In this document: piece after piece, positions 1-9,696 of the stretch | How the letters are laid out: each line of letters begins with the position of its first letter | Position numbering within the stretch: position 1 is the stretch's first letter | Source: Verrucomicrobiota bacterium | GTDB taxonomy: Bacteria; Verrucomicrobiota; Verrucomicrobiia; Limisphaerales; J093 | Assembly (NCBI GenBank): GCA_022710935.1 | Contig: JAKLFY010000005.1 | Span: 14,087-78,086, forward strand | DNA: 64,000 nucleotides | Reading direction: 5' to 3' | Notes under the pieces: generated by a model | Told to the model about the DNA's origin: nothing | The model's database searches: none | The model's input: the letters and a program-made list of their open reading frames with translations, nothing else | Position numbers and translations under genes: made by a program

Positions 1-481
1 TGAGGAGGTTTTCGGCCAGGAGGCGTTTGCCGCCGAGGACGGTGCGCGAGCAGAGGCACATCTGGCGCAGGAACTCGAGAGCCAGGGTCGGGTTGTTGAC
101 GGCGCGCCGGAGGGTGTCGTCGTAGGTCTGAAGGATCAGGTCGAAGTCGCTCGCGGCCTTGCCCTTGGCCAGCATGCGCTGAATAGCCAGGGCGTTGCTG
201 TCGTACCCGCTGCGCCAGCGCAGCCAGGCGTCGCGGATCTTCTCGCCATCGCCCTCGCGATGGAACCGGATGGGCCCGTTCAACTCGTATGTGATGACGA
301 TCAGGCCGGGAAGATCCCACTGGGCGGTGAGAAAGGGAATCAGCGGCACGTAGGCATCCGGACCTTCGTCCGCCCTACAGAACAGATCGTAGATGTTCCC
401 GGTGAGCACCACAGACCGGGCTTGCCCGGAATTGAGAATGCGCCCGGCCTGCCGCAGGAAATCATGAGGGGGGGCGTTCAT
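1..481 (-). CDS. hypothetical protein, N-terminal part only (gene runs off the left edge)
   Basis: Minus-strand frame is open from ATG at 481-479 to position 1 (MNAPPHDFLRQAGRILNSGQARSVVLTGNIYDLF...). It is absent from the ORF track because it has no stop in the window. It lies 38 nt downstream of the ABC ATPase gene on the same strand. No diagnostic motif is visible in the 160 aa present. Confidence 0.55.
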   Translation of the reverse strand, partial: MNAPPHDFLRQAGRILNSGQARSVVLTGNIYDLFCRADEGPDAYVPLIPFLTAQWDLPGLIVITYELNGPIRFHREGDGEKIRDAWLRWRSGYDSNALAIQRMLAKGKAASDFDLILQTYDDTLRRAVNNPTLALEFLRQMCLCSRTVLGGKRLLAENLL

Positions 482-519
482 GAAAGGGAGTGGGGATGGG
501 AGTCGGTCGGAGGCGGATT

Positions 520-1479
520 TCACCGGGCGGTCTGTTCGCGCCAGTAGACCACATGCTGATGTCGGTCGCATGGCGGGGCCGGTTCGAAGACCACGCGACG
601 GATTTCCTCGCGTTGGGCCGTGAAGCGCTCGAAGTTGCGGGCGGTCTTGGTATCGAAGACGGGGGTCGGTTTGTCATAGACCACCGTCGCCCCCGGAGCG
701 GCGGCGTGGCCTTCCTTGCGCCAGTCCCAGAACTGCGAGAGCCCGACGAGGCGGTCGCCGACGTAGATCGCCTCGTTCAATTCGTGAGTGACGATGATGA
801 GGGTGTACGGAGGGCGGTTGCCTTGCCGCACCGCCTTCTGATTCTCCTCGTAGAGGCTCAGCAGCATGTACTGGAGATCCTCGCGCGTGGCTTCGTCGAG
901 CGCTCCAAAAGGCTCGTCGAGGAGGATGATCTCCGGTTTCATGATCATGGCCTGGGCCAACGCGACCCGCTGGCGCATGCCGCCGGACATCTCGTGCGGA
1001 TAGAGGTTCATCGCATCCGCCAGCTTCACCTTCTCGAGCATGTCGCCGGCGGCACGCCACTGTTCGCGCCGCAGTTGGCGCCAGCGCAGCCGGCGCAAGC
1101 AGCGGAACGCGAGGCTCGTCTGGTCGAGCATCGGGCCGATGGCCACGTTCTCCCGGGCGGTCAGGAAAGGGAACAGCGAGTATTGCTGGTAAACGATGCC
1201 CCGATCGCGTCCGGGGGCATCGATCACCTTGCCTTCGTCCCCGCTCTCGGCGGAGAAGAGCCGCAGTTCGCCCGCGCGGGGCGGGTGGGTGCCGACGATG
1301 GCGCGCAGGAAGGTCGATTTGCCGCATCCGCTCGGCCCGACCAGCGAGAGGAACTGGCCGCGGCGCAGCTTGAGATTGACGTCGAAGAGGACGGCTTTGG
1401 CGCCGAAGCCATGGCCCACGCCGCGGCTTTCGAGGGCGATGTCGCCGGCTGCGGGACTGGCATCACCTTCGGGGTTCAT
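520..1479 (-). CDS. ABC transporter ATP-binding protein, NitT/TauT (nitrate/sulfonate/bicarbonate) type
   Basis: Walker A GPSGCGKST, signature LSGGMRQRVALAQA, Walker B ILLDEPFGALD and H-loop VTHE. ATG at 1479 (MNPEGDAS) is preferred over the upstream start. Overlaps the permease stop by 17 nt. Confidence 0.9.
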   Translation of the reverse strand: MNPEGDASPAAGDIALESRGVGHGFGAKAVLFDVNLKLRRGQFLSLVGPSGCGKSTFLRAIVGTHPPRAGELRLFSAESGDEGKVIDAPGRDRGIVYQQYSLFPFLTARENVAIGPMLDQTSLAFRCLRRLRWRQLRREQWRAAGDMLEKVKLADAMNLYPHEMSGGMRQRVALAQAMIMKPEIILLDEPFGALDEATREDLQYMLLSLYEENQKAVRQGNRPPYTLIIVTHELNEAIYVGDRLVGLSQFWDWRKEGHAAAPGATVVYDKPTPVFDTKTARNFERFTAQREEIRRVVFEPAPPCDRHQHVVYWREQTAR

Positions 1480-2266
1480 ACCAGGGGCACAGCTTGCGTT
1501 GGAGCAGGCGCAGCAGCGAGTCCATGCCAAACCCGAATGCGGCGAGGATGGCGAGGTAGGGATAGACGACGCTCATGTTGAGGAGCTTGGACTGGAGGCG
1601 GATCCGATAGCCGAAGCCGACATCGCCCACGACCATTTCCGCGGCGATGAGGTAGACCATGGCCGGGCCGATCGAGAGCCGGAAGGCGTCGATGAACCTG
1701 GGCAGCACCTGGCGGAAGATGATGGTCCAGACCACCTCCATGTGGGAGGCGCCCAGGGTATAGGCTTTGTAGAGAAGTTCGTCCGGGAACTCCTTGACCG
1801 CCAGATTCACCGTGAGTGTCATGGTGGGCAAAACGCCGAATGCGATCATTGCCACGTACATGTTGTTGCCGGTTCCCACCAGGACAAAGAACACGGCCAG
1901 CGCGGCGGTGGGAGGCACCTTGGCAAGCAGGGAGAGCGGCGGGTGCAGAAAGGCCTCGATGGGAGTGAAACAGCCCATAGCCAGACCCAGCAGAAGCGAC
2001 GCCGCCACGCCGCCGGCCAGACCCAGGAAGAGGCGTTGTCCGCTCGCGACGGCGTCGACCACCAGCCAGCGGTCCTCGCTGCGCCGATTGACCTCGATGG
2101 CGCTTTGCAGGCCTTTGTGCAATTGGCTCCAGCGCGGAATGGTCGTGTCGTCCGGGTTCCTCTGGTACTGCCGGTGGGCCAGAAACGTGTAGCCGCCGAG
2201 CAGGAGGAGGACCGACAGCACGCCCAGGAATGCCGCAGTCGAAGACTTGATGGGGCGACGAATCAT
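1463..2266 (-). CDS. ABC transporter permease (NitT/TauT family)
   Basis: Multi-TM protein sitting between the ABC ATPase and the binding protein. The track start at 2284 is TTG; ATG at 2266 (MIRRPIKSS..) is used instead. Confidence 0.85.
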   Translation of the reverse strand: MIRRPIKSSTAAFLGVLSVLLLLGGYTFLAHRQYQRNPDDTTIPRWSQLHKGLQSAIEVNRRSEDRWLVVDAVASGQRLFLGLAGGVAASLLLGLAMGCFTPIEAFLHPPLSLLAKVPPTAALAVFFVLVGTGNNMYVAMIAFGVLPTMTLTVNLAVKEFPDELLYKAYTLGASHMEVVWTIIFRQVLPRFIDAFRLSIGPAMVYLIAAEMVVGDVGFGYRIRLQSKLLNMSVVYPYLAILAAFGFGMDSLLRLLQRKLCPWYEPRR

Positions 2267-2401
2267 GGCGTGGGGTTGCCGCAATCCGGGCGGGGGGGGC
2301 CCAGTCCGCTCGCGCCGGCGCTGTTGGCGCCGATGCGGTTGGTCACGCGATTGGCCAGGGCCAGACGGACGTCGTTGGCCAGAGACACGGTGCGCACGGC
2401 G

Positions 2402-3472
2402 TCACTTCTTCTCGGCCACGGCGCGGATGAAGGCCGGATCGAAGCGCAGGGCCACGGCGCCCGCCTCGGCCTGGCTGCCGTAGCCGATCTTCGGCGCCGA
2501 GGAAACGATCTCCTGTTTCACGCAGAAATCGACCACGCGCCCGGTGACGGCCTTGAGTTCCGCGCCGGTGAAGAGGTCGAGGGCGGCCTTGGGCGTCGCG
2601 TAGAAGCGCGTCTGCTCGACCACCTTTTTCATCGACGCCAGATCGAGGTGGCTGAACTTCTCGCCCAGGGCGATCAAGGTGTCGTCGCGCGTGGCGGGCT
2701 CGGCGAGGCGTTGATTGATCTGATAGAACGCGTCAACGACCGCGCAGGCGAATTGCCTGCCGCCCGGTTTGTCGAGCGAGGCCTGGGCCATGACAACCGA
2801 GTCGATGATTTCGTTGGGAATCGTGGTCGAGTCGAAAAGCACATGGACGTCCTTGCGCTTGTTGAGCGTCTCGAGCACGAAGGGGTTCCAGACGATGATC
2901 GCCTCGATCTCCCGCTGTTTTTGCTGGAGCGCCACGGCGGCGGCGCCGGGATCCATGTTGCTGTACTTGTAGTCCTCGGGCCGTTCGCCCAGCAGCTCGA
3001 GGTTGCGGTTGAAGCAGTACTCGGAAACGCTTTTGGCCAGACCGTAGACCTTCCGGCCTCGCAGTTGTTTGATGTTCGTAATCGTCTTCGGAACGATCAG
3101 GGCATCGGCCCCGGCGCTGGTCGAGGTCGGCACAATCACGACAGAAGGGCGTCCCAGGGCGGGGTTCAACGCATCGAGTGTCGTCATGCACACGGCGTCG
3201 CATTGGCCCGAGCCGTACATCGTCAGACACGGATCGTACTCGGCCTCCTTCAGGACGATGTCGACACCCCATTTGTCCTCGACCGGACCGGTCTGCCCCT
3301 CGCGTCCATCAATGAGTTTGAACACGTGCGCGACGCCGAACGCGCTCCAGGAGGGATACTCGCTCCAGGCGAGCGAGAAGGCGGGCGCGGGCAAGGCGGA
3401 CGGGGCGCAGGTCATGAGGGCCGCGCCCAGAAGCCAGGCGGCTGGGGCGAGGGCGAATCGATTGCTTTTCAT
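2402..3472 (-). CDS. ABC transporter substrate-binding protein (NMT1/SsuA-like, NitT/TauT family)
   Basis: Signal peptide MKSNRFALAPAAWLLGAALMTCAPSA from ATG 3472. Periplasmic-binding-protein-like sequence adjacent to the permease and ATPase. Confidence 0.8.
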   Translation of the reverse strand: MKSNRFALAPAAWLLGAALMTCAPSALPAPAFSLAWSEYPSWSAFGVAHVFKLIDGREGQTGPVEDKWGVDIVLKEAEYDPCLTMYGSGQCDAVCMTTLDALNPALGRPSVVIVPTSTSAGADALIVPKTITNIKQLRGRKVYGLAKSVSEYCFNRNLELLGERPEDYKYSNMDPGAAAVALQQKQREIEAIIVWNPFVLETLNKRKDVHVLFDSTTIPNEIIDSVVMAQASLDKPGGRQFACAVVDAFYQINQRLAEPATRDDTLIALGEKFSHLDLASMKKVVEQTRFYATPKAALDLFTGAELKAVTGRVVDFCVKQEIVSSAPKIGYGSQAEAGAVALRFDPAFIRAVAEKK

Positions 3473-3513
3473 GGGAATCGGAGTGGTTCGAGTGGGGGGG
3501 GTGAATGCGAGGT

Positions 3514-4332
3514 TCATTCGGGCAGTGCCGATGACTTTTCGGCGGCGGGCGGCGCGGCGTCTTTCTTCTCTTCGATGCCGAGCAGGGCGTCGAACTCGTT
3601 GCTGGCGGCGGTCCGGCGGGCGTAATCGAGGAACTCCGCCTCCTGCGCCTTGACGTCGGTGCCGGCCATCTCCTTCGAGACCCGGGCCTCGGCCCGGAGT
3701 TCCTGGCGCATCTGGCGCAAGCGCTGCAGCTCCTCGGCCGACCCGTCCTTGGCGATGCCGGCGAGGGTGTCGGCCAGGTCGCGCTCCTGCTTGGCGGTGA
3801 TGATGTCGGCCACGGCGTCCGAGGCCTCGGCTTTGACCTTCTCGACATCGCGCAGGAGTTGCTGCAACTGGACCTTATGCTCGCCGATGGTCTTGCGGTA
3901 TCCTTCGACGTCGCGCTCGTTCTCGGCGATGCGCTCCTGCTTTTCGCCGAGGGTCGACGAGAAGTCGTTGTAGGCGGCCAGACATTTCTTGTAGTCCTCG
4001 TCGGTGTGAATCTCCTCCTTGGATTTGCCCGAGGCCTGGAGGCGCTCGACAGTCTGCTTGGCCTTGGCGAGCGCGCCGGCCTTGAGCCGTTCGAGCTGCT
4101 GGACATCCTCGGTGAGGCGCTTCACAGTGGCGATCTTGGTCTCCTGCTGCGCGATGAGGCCCGCCACCGCCTGCTTGTAAATCTGGATCTGGGAGATCTT
4201 CTCCCGGACAATCTGATCGTACTTGGCCCGCACGACATGCGGATTGGCATCGATGACGCGACGGGCGGAGTCCATCTGCCCGGTCAACAGGTAACCGAGG
4301 GCTTTGAACCAGCGGACAAGAGCGCCGAACAT
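3514..4332 (-). CDS. pspA: PspA/IM30 (phage shock protein A / Vipp1) family protein
   Basis: N-terminus MFGALVRWFKALGYLLTGQMDSARRVIDANPHVVRAKYDQIVRE followed by a long heptad-rich coiled coil. This is the typical PspA/IM30 architecture. Confidence 0.85.
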   Translation of the reverse strand: MFGALVRWFKALGYLLTGQMDSARRVIDANPHVVRAKYDQIVREKISQIQIYKQAVAGLIAQQETKIATVKRLTEDVQQLERLKAGALAKAKQTVERLQASGKSKEEIHTDEDYKKCLAAYNDFSSTLGEKQERIAENERDVEGYRKTIGEHKVQLQQLLRDVEKVKAEASDAVADIITAKQERDLADTLAGIAKDGSAEELQRLRQMRQELRAEARVSKEMAGTDVKAQEAEFLDYARRTAASNEFDALLGIEEKKDAAPPAAEKSSALPE

Positions 4333-4336
4333 AGAC

Positions 4337-5263
4337 TTATCCTTTCGTTTCCGAGGTGGGGACAGCCATCGCGTGGCGGCTGCCGATTGGGGTTTCGTTT
4401 AACAGAGAGGCAACCTGTTCTTCAACCGTTTTCGCCACGGCGAGGCTCTGATCGAGCTCTTCGCGCAGCCTGGCCAGCTCGCGCGACGATCCCTGGCCGG
4501 TGCCGAGGTTTTGCACCCCGACGAGCGTGTCACTCAGTTGTTTGACGGTGGCCTGGATGTCCGCAATCAGCCGCTCACGCTGGTCGAGCAGAGGCTGCCG
4601 GGCGGCCGTGGAATTCAACTGCCGCGCGGTCTGCCACAGCTTGCCGGTCTGGGCAACAGCCTCGACACCCTGGCGGAAGACCTCCTGCACCCGCGCCCGG
4701 AGGTCGACGATGAGCGGGAGATGGGCGGGACTGGCGGCGGCCTCGGCTTCGTCGAACGCGCGCAACAGCGCCCGAAGATCCCGCAGCGCGGTCTCGGGCC
4801 GCGGATCCTTGTCCGCCTCGGCCAACTGGCGGTCCAGATCGTCCAGGGCGCGCTGGGCCGCCTGGCCCTCCTCGATCAGGACTTCGTCGGTCACCTGGCG
4901 CGCCAGGCGCTCGCCGCGAAGCGTCAACTGCGTCACAAACGATCCGGCCGCCACAAGCACGCCCGCCAGGCCGGCGAAGAGGGCAAAACCGGTTCTCCAG
5001 CCAAAGGACCACGCCGCCGTGAGGGCCGTCATCCCGGCGATGAACGGGCCGATGACCAGCGGATGACCGGCCAGGCGCAGAATCATGCGGTTTCGGATTT
5101 TTCCAGCGTCGGGCATCTCGAAATTGAACTTGATCAGTGCCGAATATGCATCGGGTTCAAGTCCGTGGACAGTTTTTTTGCCGCGGCGTCGAGCTTCGCT
5201 GCGCCCGGGGGGCGCGCTGGCCGGCACCCACGGACAGCAGGGAACGCTGATGTCAGGCTGCAT
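4337..5263 (-). CDS. membrane protein with two TM helices and a long coiled coil
   Basis: TM segments LAGHPLVIGPFIAGMTALTAAWSF and FALFAGLAGVLVAAGSFV, then a coiled coil. The start at 5263 overlaps the upstream stop (TGATG). An alternative ATG lies at 5116. Confidence 0.6.
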   Translation of the reverse strand: MQPDISVPCCPWVPASAPPGRSEARRRGKKTVHGLEPDAYSALIKFNFEMPDAGKIRNRMILRLAGHPLVIGPFIAGMTALTAAWSFGWRTGFALFAGLAGVLVAAGSFVTQLTLRGERLARQVTDEVLIEEGQAAQRALDDLDRQLAEADKDPRPETALRDLRALLRAFDEAEAAASPAHLPLIVDLRARVQEVFRQGVEAVAQTGKLWQTARQLNSTAARQPLLDQRERLIADIQATVKQLSDTLVGVQNLGTGQGSSRELARLREELDQSLAVAKTVEEQVASLLNETPIGSRHAMAVPTSETKG

Positions 5264-6843
5264 CAGTAGGGCAACTGGCCAACAACGAAGAGCACGGTCT
5301 GACCTTCGCCGCCGGCCACAGTGCTGGGCTCGGCCTGGGTGCGCAGGCGATCGGGATTGATCCCATGGGCGCGCAGGGACTGGGCGACGGCCTCGGCTCG
5401 GGCCTGGGCGAGCCGCCTGTTGGCCTCGGCGTCGCCCTCAGCTCGAGTCTGCCCAATAATGCGGAGATAAAACTCGGGGAACGATTCGAGCCGCCGGGCG
5501 AGGGCCTGCAAATCCCGCTCGCTCGACTGGCTGACGGTGGCGGAGCCGCGCGCAAAAACCACGGGCTCGGCCCGCAGCTCGCCCACGGGCTGCAACCGGC
5601 TCCATTGCTCAGGGCTCAGCGCCCGGATCGCCTGGTCGGACCGCACCTGCTCGTCGGCGGCCGCGCCGGGCCCAAGTCCGGGAATCAGGTCCGCGCCCTT
5701 GGCTGGATGGAACTGTTCGCGCTGCATGGTGCCGAGGATCTGATCGTAATACAGGGTGCTGTACTTGCCTCCCAGCGGATCGCCGGCCAGGGCGCGGGTC
5801 TTGAGCAACACGTCCATCACCCGCCCGATGATGTCTTCGAGGGAGTCGACGCCCGATCGGGGCGGGGCCTGCGTCAGGCCGAAGTGGACGTAATTCTCGA
5901 GGGTGTTCTTCCACTGAATGCCTTGGACCACCCGCCTGGCCTGGGCCTCATCGAGGCTCTCGGCGCCTGTCTGGCGGGCATCCTCGCGGACCAGCCGCGG
6001 CAGGCCGTCGGGTTCCTGGCTGTACGCATAGGCAGCCCGGCAGTAGGCCTCGACGAAGGCCTTGACCCGGTCGGGGTGATCGCGCAGGAACTGCCGCTGG
6101 GCGATCAGCACATCGACGATGTATCCCTTGAGTTTCGAGCTATCGAGCAGGACGTGCACGCCGGGCTCCGCCAGCGCCTTGGTCACGTACGGTTCCCAGA
6201 GGGCGAAGGCCCTCTTCTCGCCGGGCTTGGCTGCGCGCAACTGGCTGTACACGGCCGGCGGTCCATCCGCCTCGATCCACCAGCGTTCGGGGAGTTGGGG
6301 CAGATTGAAGTGGGCGACGACCACGCGCGCGAGGAATTCGCTGGGCGAGTTGGGCGTGAGCACAATCCGGGCTTCGGGCGAGTTCAGATCCTGGAGGCTC
6401 TGCACCGAGCCGGCGGCCGCCACCAGCGCGTCGCTCCCCTTGGTCTCGTCCAAAACCAGCACGATCGTGCCCGGAAAATCCCCGAGACGGGCGCCGGCGA
6501 CCAGAAGCGAATCGATCGTGAACGCGGCGAGATGGGCTTTGCCCTCCTGCAACGCCTTGAGGCGGGCGGAGAAGTCACCTCGGTCCTCGCGGACCGTGTA
6601 CCGGATCTGGCGCGCCTTGAGCTGCTGCTTGAGCGCTTCCGAGCGCAGGAGCGCATAGCCGCTGAACGCGTCGGCGGCGACCACCAACTCCTCGCGGTAT
6701 TGGCTGCTCGATCCGGTGTCGCCGTGCAGTTTGTCCCGCAAGTACGGGTGCACCAGGTATCGGTACGCCACGCCCAAGACGGCGAGAATCAGACACCAAA
6801 TCACCGCGGCAATCAGACATCCCCTGGCGCGCTTTTCGCTCAT
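5263..6843 (-). CDS. substrate-binding-domain / OmpA family fusion protein
   Basis: N-terminal TM anchor, an NMT1/SsuA-like binding domain, and a C-terminal OmpA_C-like peptidoglycan-binding module (YLRIIGQTRAEGDAEANRRLAQARAEAVAQSLRAHGI). Confidence 0.75.
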   Translation of the reverse strand: MSEKRARGCLIAAVIWCLILAVLGVAYRYLVHPYLRDKLHGDTGSSSQYREELVVAADAFSGYALLRSEALKQQLKARQIRYTVREDRGDFSARLKALQEGKAHLAAFTIDSLLVAGARLGDFPGTIVLVLDETKGSDALVAAAGSVQSLQDLNSPEARIVLTPNSPSEFLARVVVAHFNLPQLPERWWIEADGPPAVYSQLRAAKPGEKRAFALWEPYVTKALAEPGVHVLLDSSKLKGYIVDVLIAQRQFLRDHPDRVKAFVEAYCRAAYAYSQEPDGLPRLVREDARQTGAESLDEAQARRVVQGIQWKNTLENYVHFGLTQAPPRSGVDSLEDIIGRVMDVLLKTRALAGDPLGGKYSTLYYDQILGTMQREQFHPAKGADLIPGLGPGAAADEQVRSDQAIRALSPEQWSRLQPVGELRAEPVVFARGSATVSQSSERDLQALARRLESFPEFYLRIIGQTRAEGDAEANRRLAQARAEAVAQSLRAHGINPDRLRTQAEPSTVAGGEGQTVLFVVGQLPY

Positions 6844-6845
6844 GG

Positions 6846-7823
6846 TCAACGGTTCTTGAAGAGACGGCGGATAACGACAAAAACAAACGCGGCCACGAAA
6901 GCGAGAATGATCAGCCAGGACGGGCCGCCAGAAGAGCCCCCACGAGGCGGCCGGCTCGGCCCGGGCGGCGCGGCCGGCGCGGGGGCAGCGGGTGGCACCG
7001 GCGTGCCTGCGGCCGGCTGAAGGTCGTCGGCGGACCGCGTGGACTCCGGGGGTGCGGTCTGGCGCGGTCTCTCCCCGATCGGATGGTTTCCGGAAGCCGA
7101 GAGGGCCTGCAGAGCGGCGGCGGCCACTTCGGGCGGCAGGGACGCCAGCTCGACGAAGGCGTCGGCCTGGGCGGTGTCGGTGCGCGGACGGCTCACCTCG
7201 GCCAGGACTTCCGCCACCGCCCGTTCGAGCGATGCGGCGTCGTTGGCGCGCCGATAGGAGTGGGCTTTGCGGGCCAGGGTGTGGTCCTGCCGCATCGCCA
7301 CCCCGATCACGTCCATCGTGATGCCGCGCGCGAGCACCTCCGGCGCATACCGGTCGACCAGGTTCTGGTCCTGGGCCTCGCCGTCGGTGACGACGAGGAG
7401 GCGGTAGGTGCCGTAGCCGAACTGCGCGGCCCGCTCCTCCAAGAGGCGATCCGCCCCTTGCTTGATATGGCGCCCCAGCGGCGTGTTCCCGTACGGCTCG
7501 AGCCGGTCAATCGCCGACGTCAACTCCTCGTCGTTGCGCGGCCCCAGCCGGTAGACCCACGGATCCCGGACGTCGCGGGCGCTGAAGACGAGCAGGCCGA
7601 TGTGTGTGGTGGGGGGGATCTGGCGCAGAACGGTCTTGAGCGCCGTCTTGGCCGCGGCCATCTTGCTCCCTTCTCCCCCCGGCATTCGGTCCTTCATGGA
7701 CCCCGACGCATCCAGGACAATGACCACGCTGTCGTGGTAGTCCTGGGCGCAGAGACGCGGCGTGCCCGGGCTCAAGGCGGCGAGGACCAGGATCGACAAC
7801 CAACCCCAGGGCGTGTGGCTCAT
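6846..7823 (-). CDS. vWA (von Willebrand factor type A) domain protein with C-terminal TM anchor
   Basis: Signal peptide from ATG 7823 (MSHTPWGWLSILVLAALS) and MIDAS motif VVIVLDASGSMKD. Pro-rich linker and a terminal TM helix LIILAFVAAFVFVVI. Confidence 0.85.
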   Translation of the reverse strand: MSHTPWGWLSILVLAALSPGTPRLCAQDYHDSVVIVLDASGSMKDRMPGGEGSKMAAAKTALKTVLRQIPPTTHIGLLVFSARDVRDPWVYRLGPRNDEELTSAIDRLEPYGNTPLGRHIKQGADRLLEERAAQFGYGTYRLLVVTDGEAQDQNLVDRYAPEVLARGITMDVIGVAMRQDHTLARKAHSYRRANDAASLERAVAEVLAEVSRPRTDTAQADAFVELASLPPEVAAAALQALSASGNHPIGERPRQTAPPESTRSADDLQPAAGTPVPPAAPAPAAPPGPSRPPRGGSSGGPSWLIILAFVAAFVFVVIRRLFKNR

Positions 7824-7848
7824 AAAAACTCCGGTGTGAATGCGGACG

Positions 7849-9696
7849 CTAGAAGTCGAAGTCGGACTGTGTGGTGGCCTCGGCGGCGACGCGGACGATG
7901 CGGAACTCGACCCGCATGTTTTTCTTGGCCTCGTCCATGTTCGAAGGCTTGGCGACGAACGGCTCGCGGATGCCGACGCCGACGGGCTGGATCTGCGTCT
8001 TGTCAATCGTCAGGCCTTTGCTCTTCGCGTACTCGACAATCGAGTCGAGCACCGCCTCGGCCCGACTGCGGGACAGGTTCAAGGCCGCCTGCATGGTCTC
8101 ACGCGGATTGCTGTCCGGCACGCCGTCGAAGGCGCCGCTCTCGATGAGCCGCGTCAGCTCGGCCGTGCCGCCCAGATCGAGCGCTTTCCCGTTCAGGGAA
8201 TACGAGTAGTTGCCCTGGCTGCCGACCCGCTTGAGCACGCCCCGCGCCAGGCCCGCTTTCACCAGGTCCAGCAGCGTCTTGGTCGGATCGGCATGACCGC
8301 GAACCGCCACAACCGCATTGCCGAAACGGGCCGCCGTTTCGACCACCCGCTGGAACTCGGCACCGTACTGCACGGCGCTGAACTCGGTCTGGTTCGGCTC
8401 GAAGTTGATCGTGAAGGAGAGGATCGTGCGTTCGTCCAGGGCGCCGCCGGCACTCAGTTGCTCGATCTCGCTTCGGACCGCCTCGGCGCGGAACCGCTCG
8501 CCGCGCTCGATCTGGGTCTTGCTCAGGTAACTCAGGAACAACGGCGACTTGTAATCGAGCCCGGAGGGGAAGAGCCCCATGCGCTCGCGCGCATAGCCCC
8601 GGTTGACCGCCAGGTCGAGAGCGGACTTCTGGAAGGCCTCGAATCCGGTGAGGTTGCCCTGTTCGAGGAAGAACGCCACGTTGCCCGGATAGCCGGCGAA
8701 CGTGCAGTCCGCCACCAATCCGTGGGCGTCTTCGAGCACGGGGATGGTCTTCTGCCCGTAGATGTTCTGCGTGATCTGGAGCAGGGCCTTGTAGGGCGCG
8801 GATCCGGAGGTCTCGTACTGCTTCTTCAGATCGAGAACCTCCTCGCACGCCTTGAGATAGCCGGCGACAAACCTGGTGACCAGTTCCTTGTTCGCATCGT
8901 AAAAGTCCTTCCGACACACATACACGTCCGCAATCGAGCGCGAAAGCTGGGCGGTCGAAACCAGGACACGCGCCCCCTTCACCGTCGTTTCGGCTCCCGT
9001 GCCGACGCTCGTGAGGCCCCCGCAGAGCCCCACCATGTCGGGGGTGATCGCGAAACAGGCGTCAATGTCGCCGCGCTTGCGGAACAACTCGGGCGGCGAG
9101 TCCGGCGAGGCGGACAGATCCTTGGCCCAGACCACCCGGATGTCGTTCCAGGTCAGTTGGGCGGACTTGAGGACGTCATCGAGCATGCCGACGTGCGGGC
9201 CGCACTGCTGGAGGGCGACGGTCTTGCCTTTCAAGTCGCCGAGGGTCCGCAACGCCTCGCGCGCCACCAGGTGATCCCCGGCGGACCAGGTCATCTGGAG
9301 AATGACCACGCCCTTGGTGCGGGGATCGGAGCCGATGACTTCCGACGCCAGTCCCACCATGTGAAACGTCCCGCGCAGAAACGGCGTCTTGCCCGCCCGA
9401 TAGTCGCGCACCTGCTGGACGAAATCGTCCGCGGGGGCGAGGCGCAGGTTGAGCCCCTGCTTGTGGAAGATCGTGCCGGGCTGCGTCGTGAGCCCGCCGT
9501 TGGCGTGGAATGTGGCGACGTCGCCCCCCCACGTGATCACGGGAACCTGCAGCGGCGCCGTTTGAGTCACGGCGCCGACAGCCCCCGGCCCGACAAGATC
9601 GGCGAAGCGTGTTTCCTGGGCCGTCAGCGGCCCGAGAGCCATCGTCATGGCGACGGCCGAGATGCGGAAGAGGTGAGGCCAGCATTGCGTTTTCAT
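7849..9696 (-). CDS. substrate-binding-domain / OmpA family fusion protein (second copy)
   Basis: Signal peptide from ATG 9696 (MKTQCWPHLFRISAVAMTMALGPLTAQE) and an NMT1-like binding domain. C-terminal OmpA_C-like module (AVRGHADPT...NLSRSRAEAV...NMRVEFRIVRV). The 839-aa track ORF is an upstream read-through. Confidence 0.8.
   Translation of the reverse strand: MKTQCWPHLFRISAVAMTMALGPLTAQETRFADLVGPGAVGAVTQTAPLQVPVITWGGDVATFHANGGLTTQPGTIFHKQGLNLRLAPADDFVQQVRDYRAGKTPFLRGTFHMVGLASEVIGSDPRTKGVVILQMTWSAGDHLVAREALRTLGDLKGKTVALQQCGPHVGMLDDVLKSAQLTWNDIRVVWAKDLSASPDSPPELFRKRGDIDACFAITPDMVGLCGGLTSVGTGAETTVKGARVLVSTAQLSRSIADVYVCRKDFYDANKELVTRFVAGYLKACEEVLDLKKQYETSGSAPYKALLQITQNIYGQKTIPVLEDAHGLVADCTFAGYPGNVAFFLEQGNLTGFEAFQKSALDLAVNRGYARERMGLFPSGLDYKSPLFLSYLSKTQIERGERFRAEAVRSEIEQLSAGGALDERTILSFTINFEPNQTEFSAVQYGAEFQRVVETAARFGNAVVAVRGHADPTKTLLDLVKAGLARGVLKRVGSQGNYSYSLNGKALDLGGTAELTRLIESGAFDGVPDSNPRETMQAALNLSRSRAEAVLDSIVEYAKSKGLTIDKTQIQPVGVGIREPFVAKPSNMDEAKKNMRVEFRIVRVAAEATTQSDFDF

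Noticed and set aside
1196-3625. 809-aa plus-strand ORF, and similar very long ORFs such as 5365-7020, 7840-9837, 24271-25932, 25975-27171, 29294-31519, 32111-33517, 36710-38434, 55785-57764 and 60324-62438.
   Set aside because: Each lies antisense to, or out of frame with, a gene that has clear family motifs. Their translations are Arg/Gly/Pro/Ala-rich low-complexity sequence with no motifs. This is the expected artefact of stop-codon-poor high-GC DNA.
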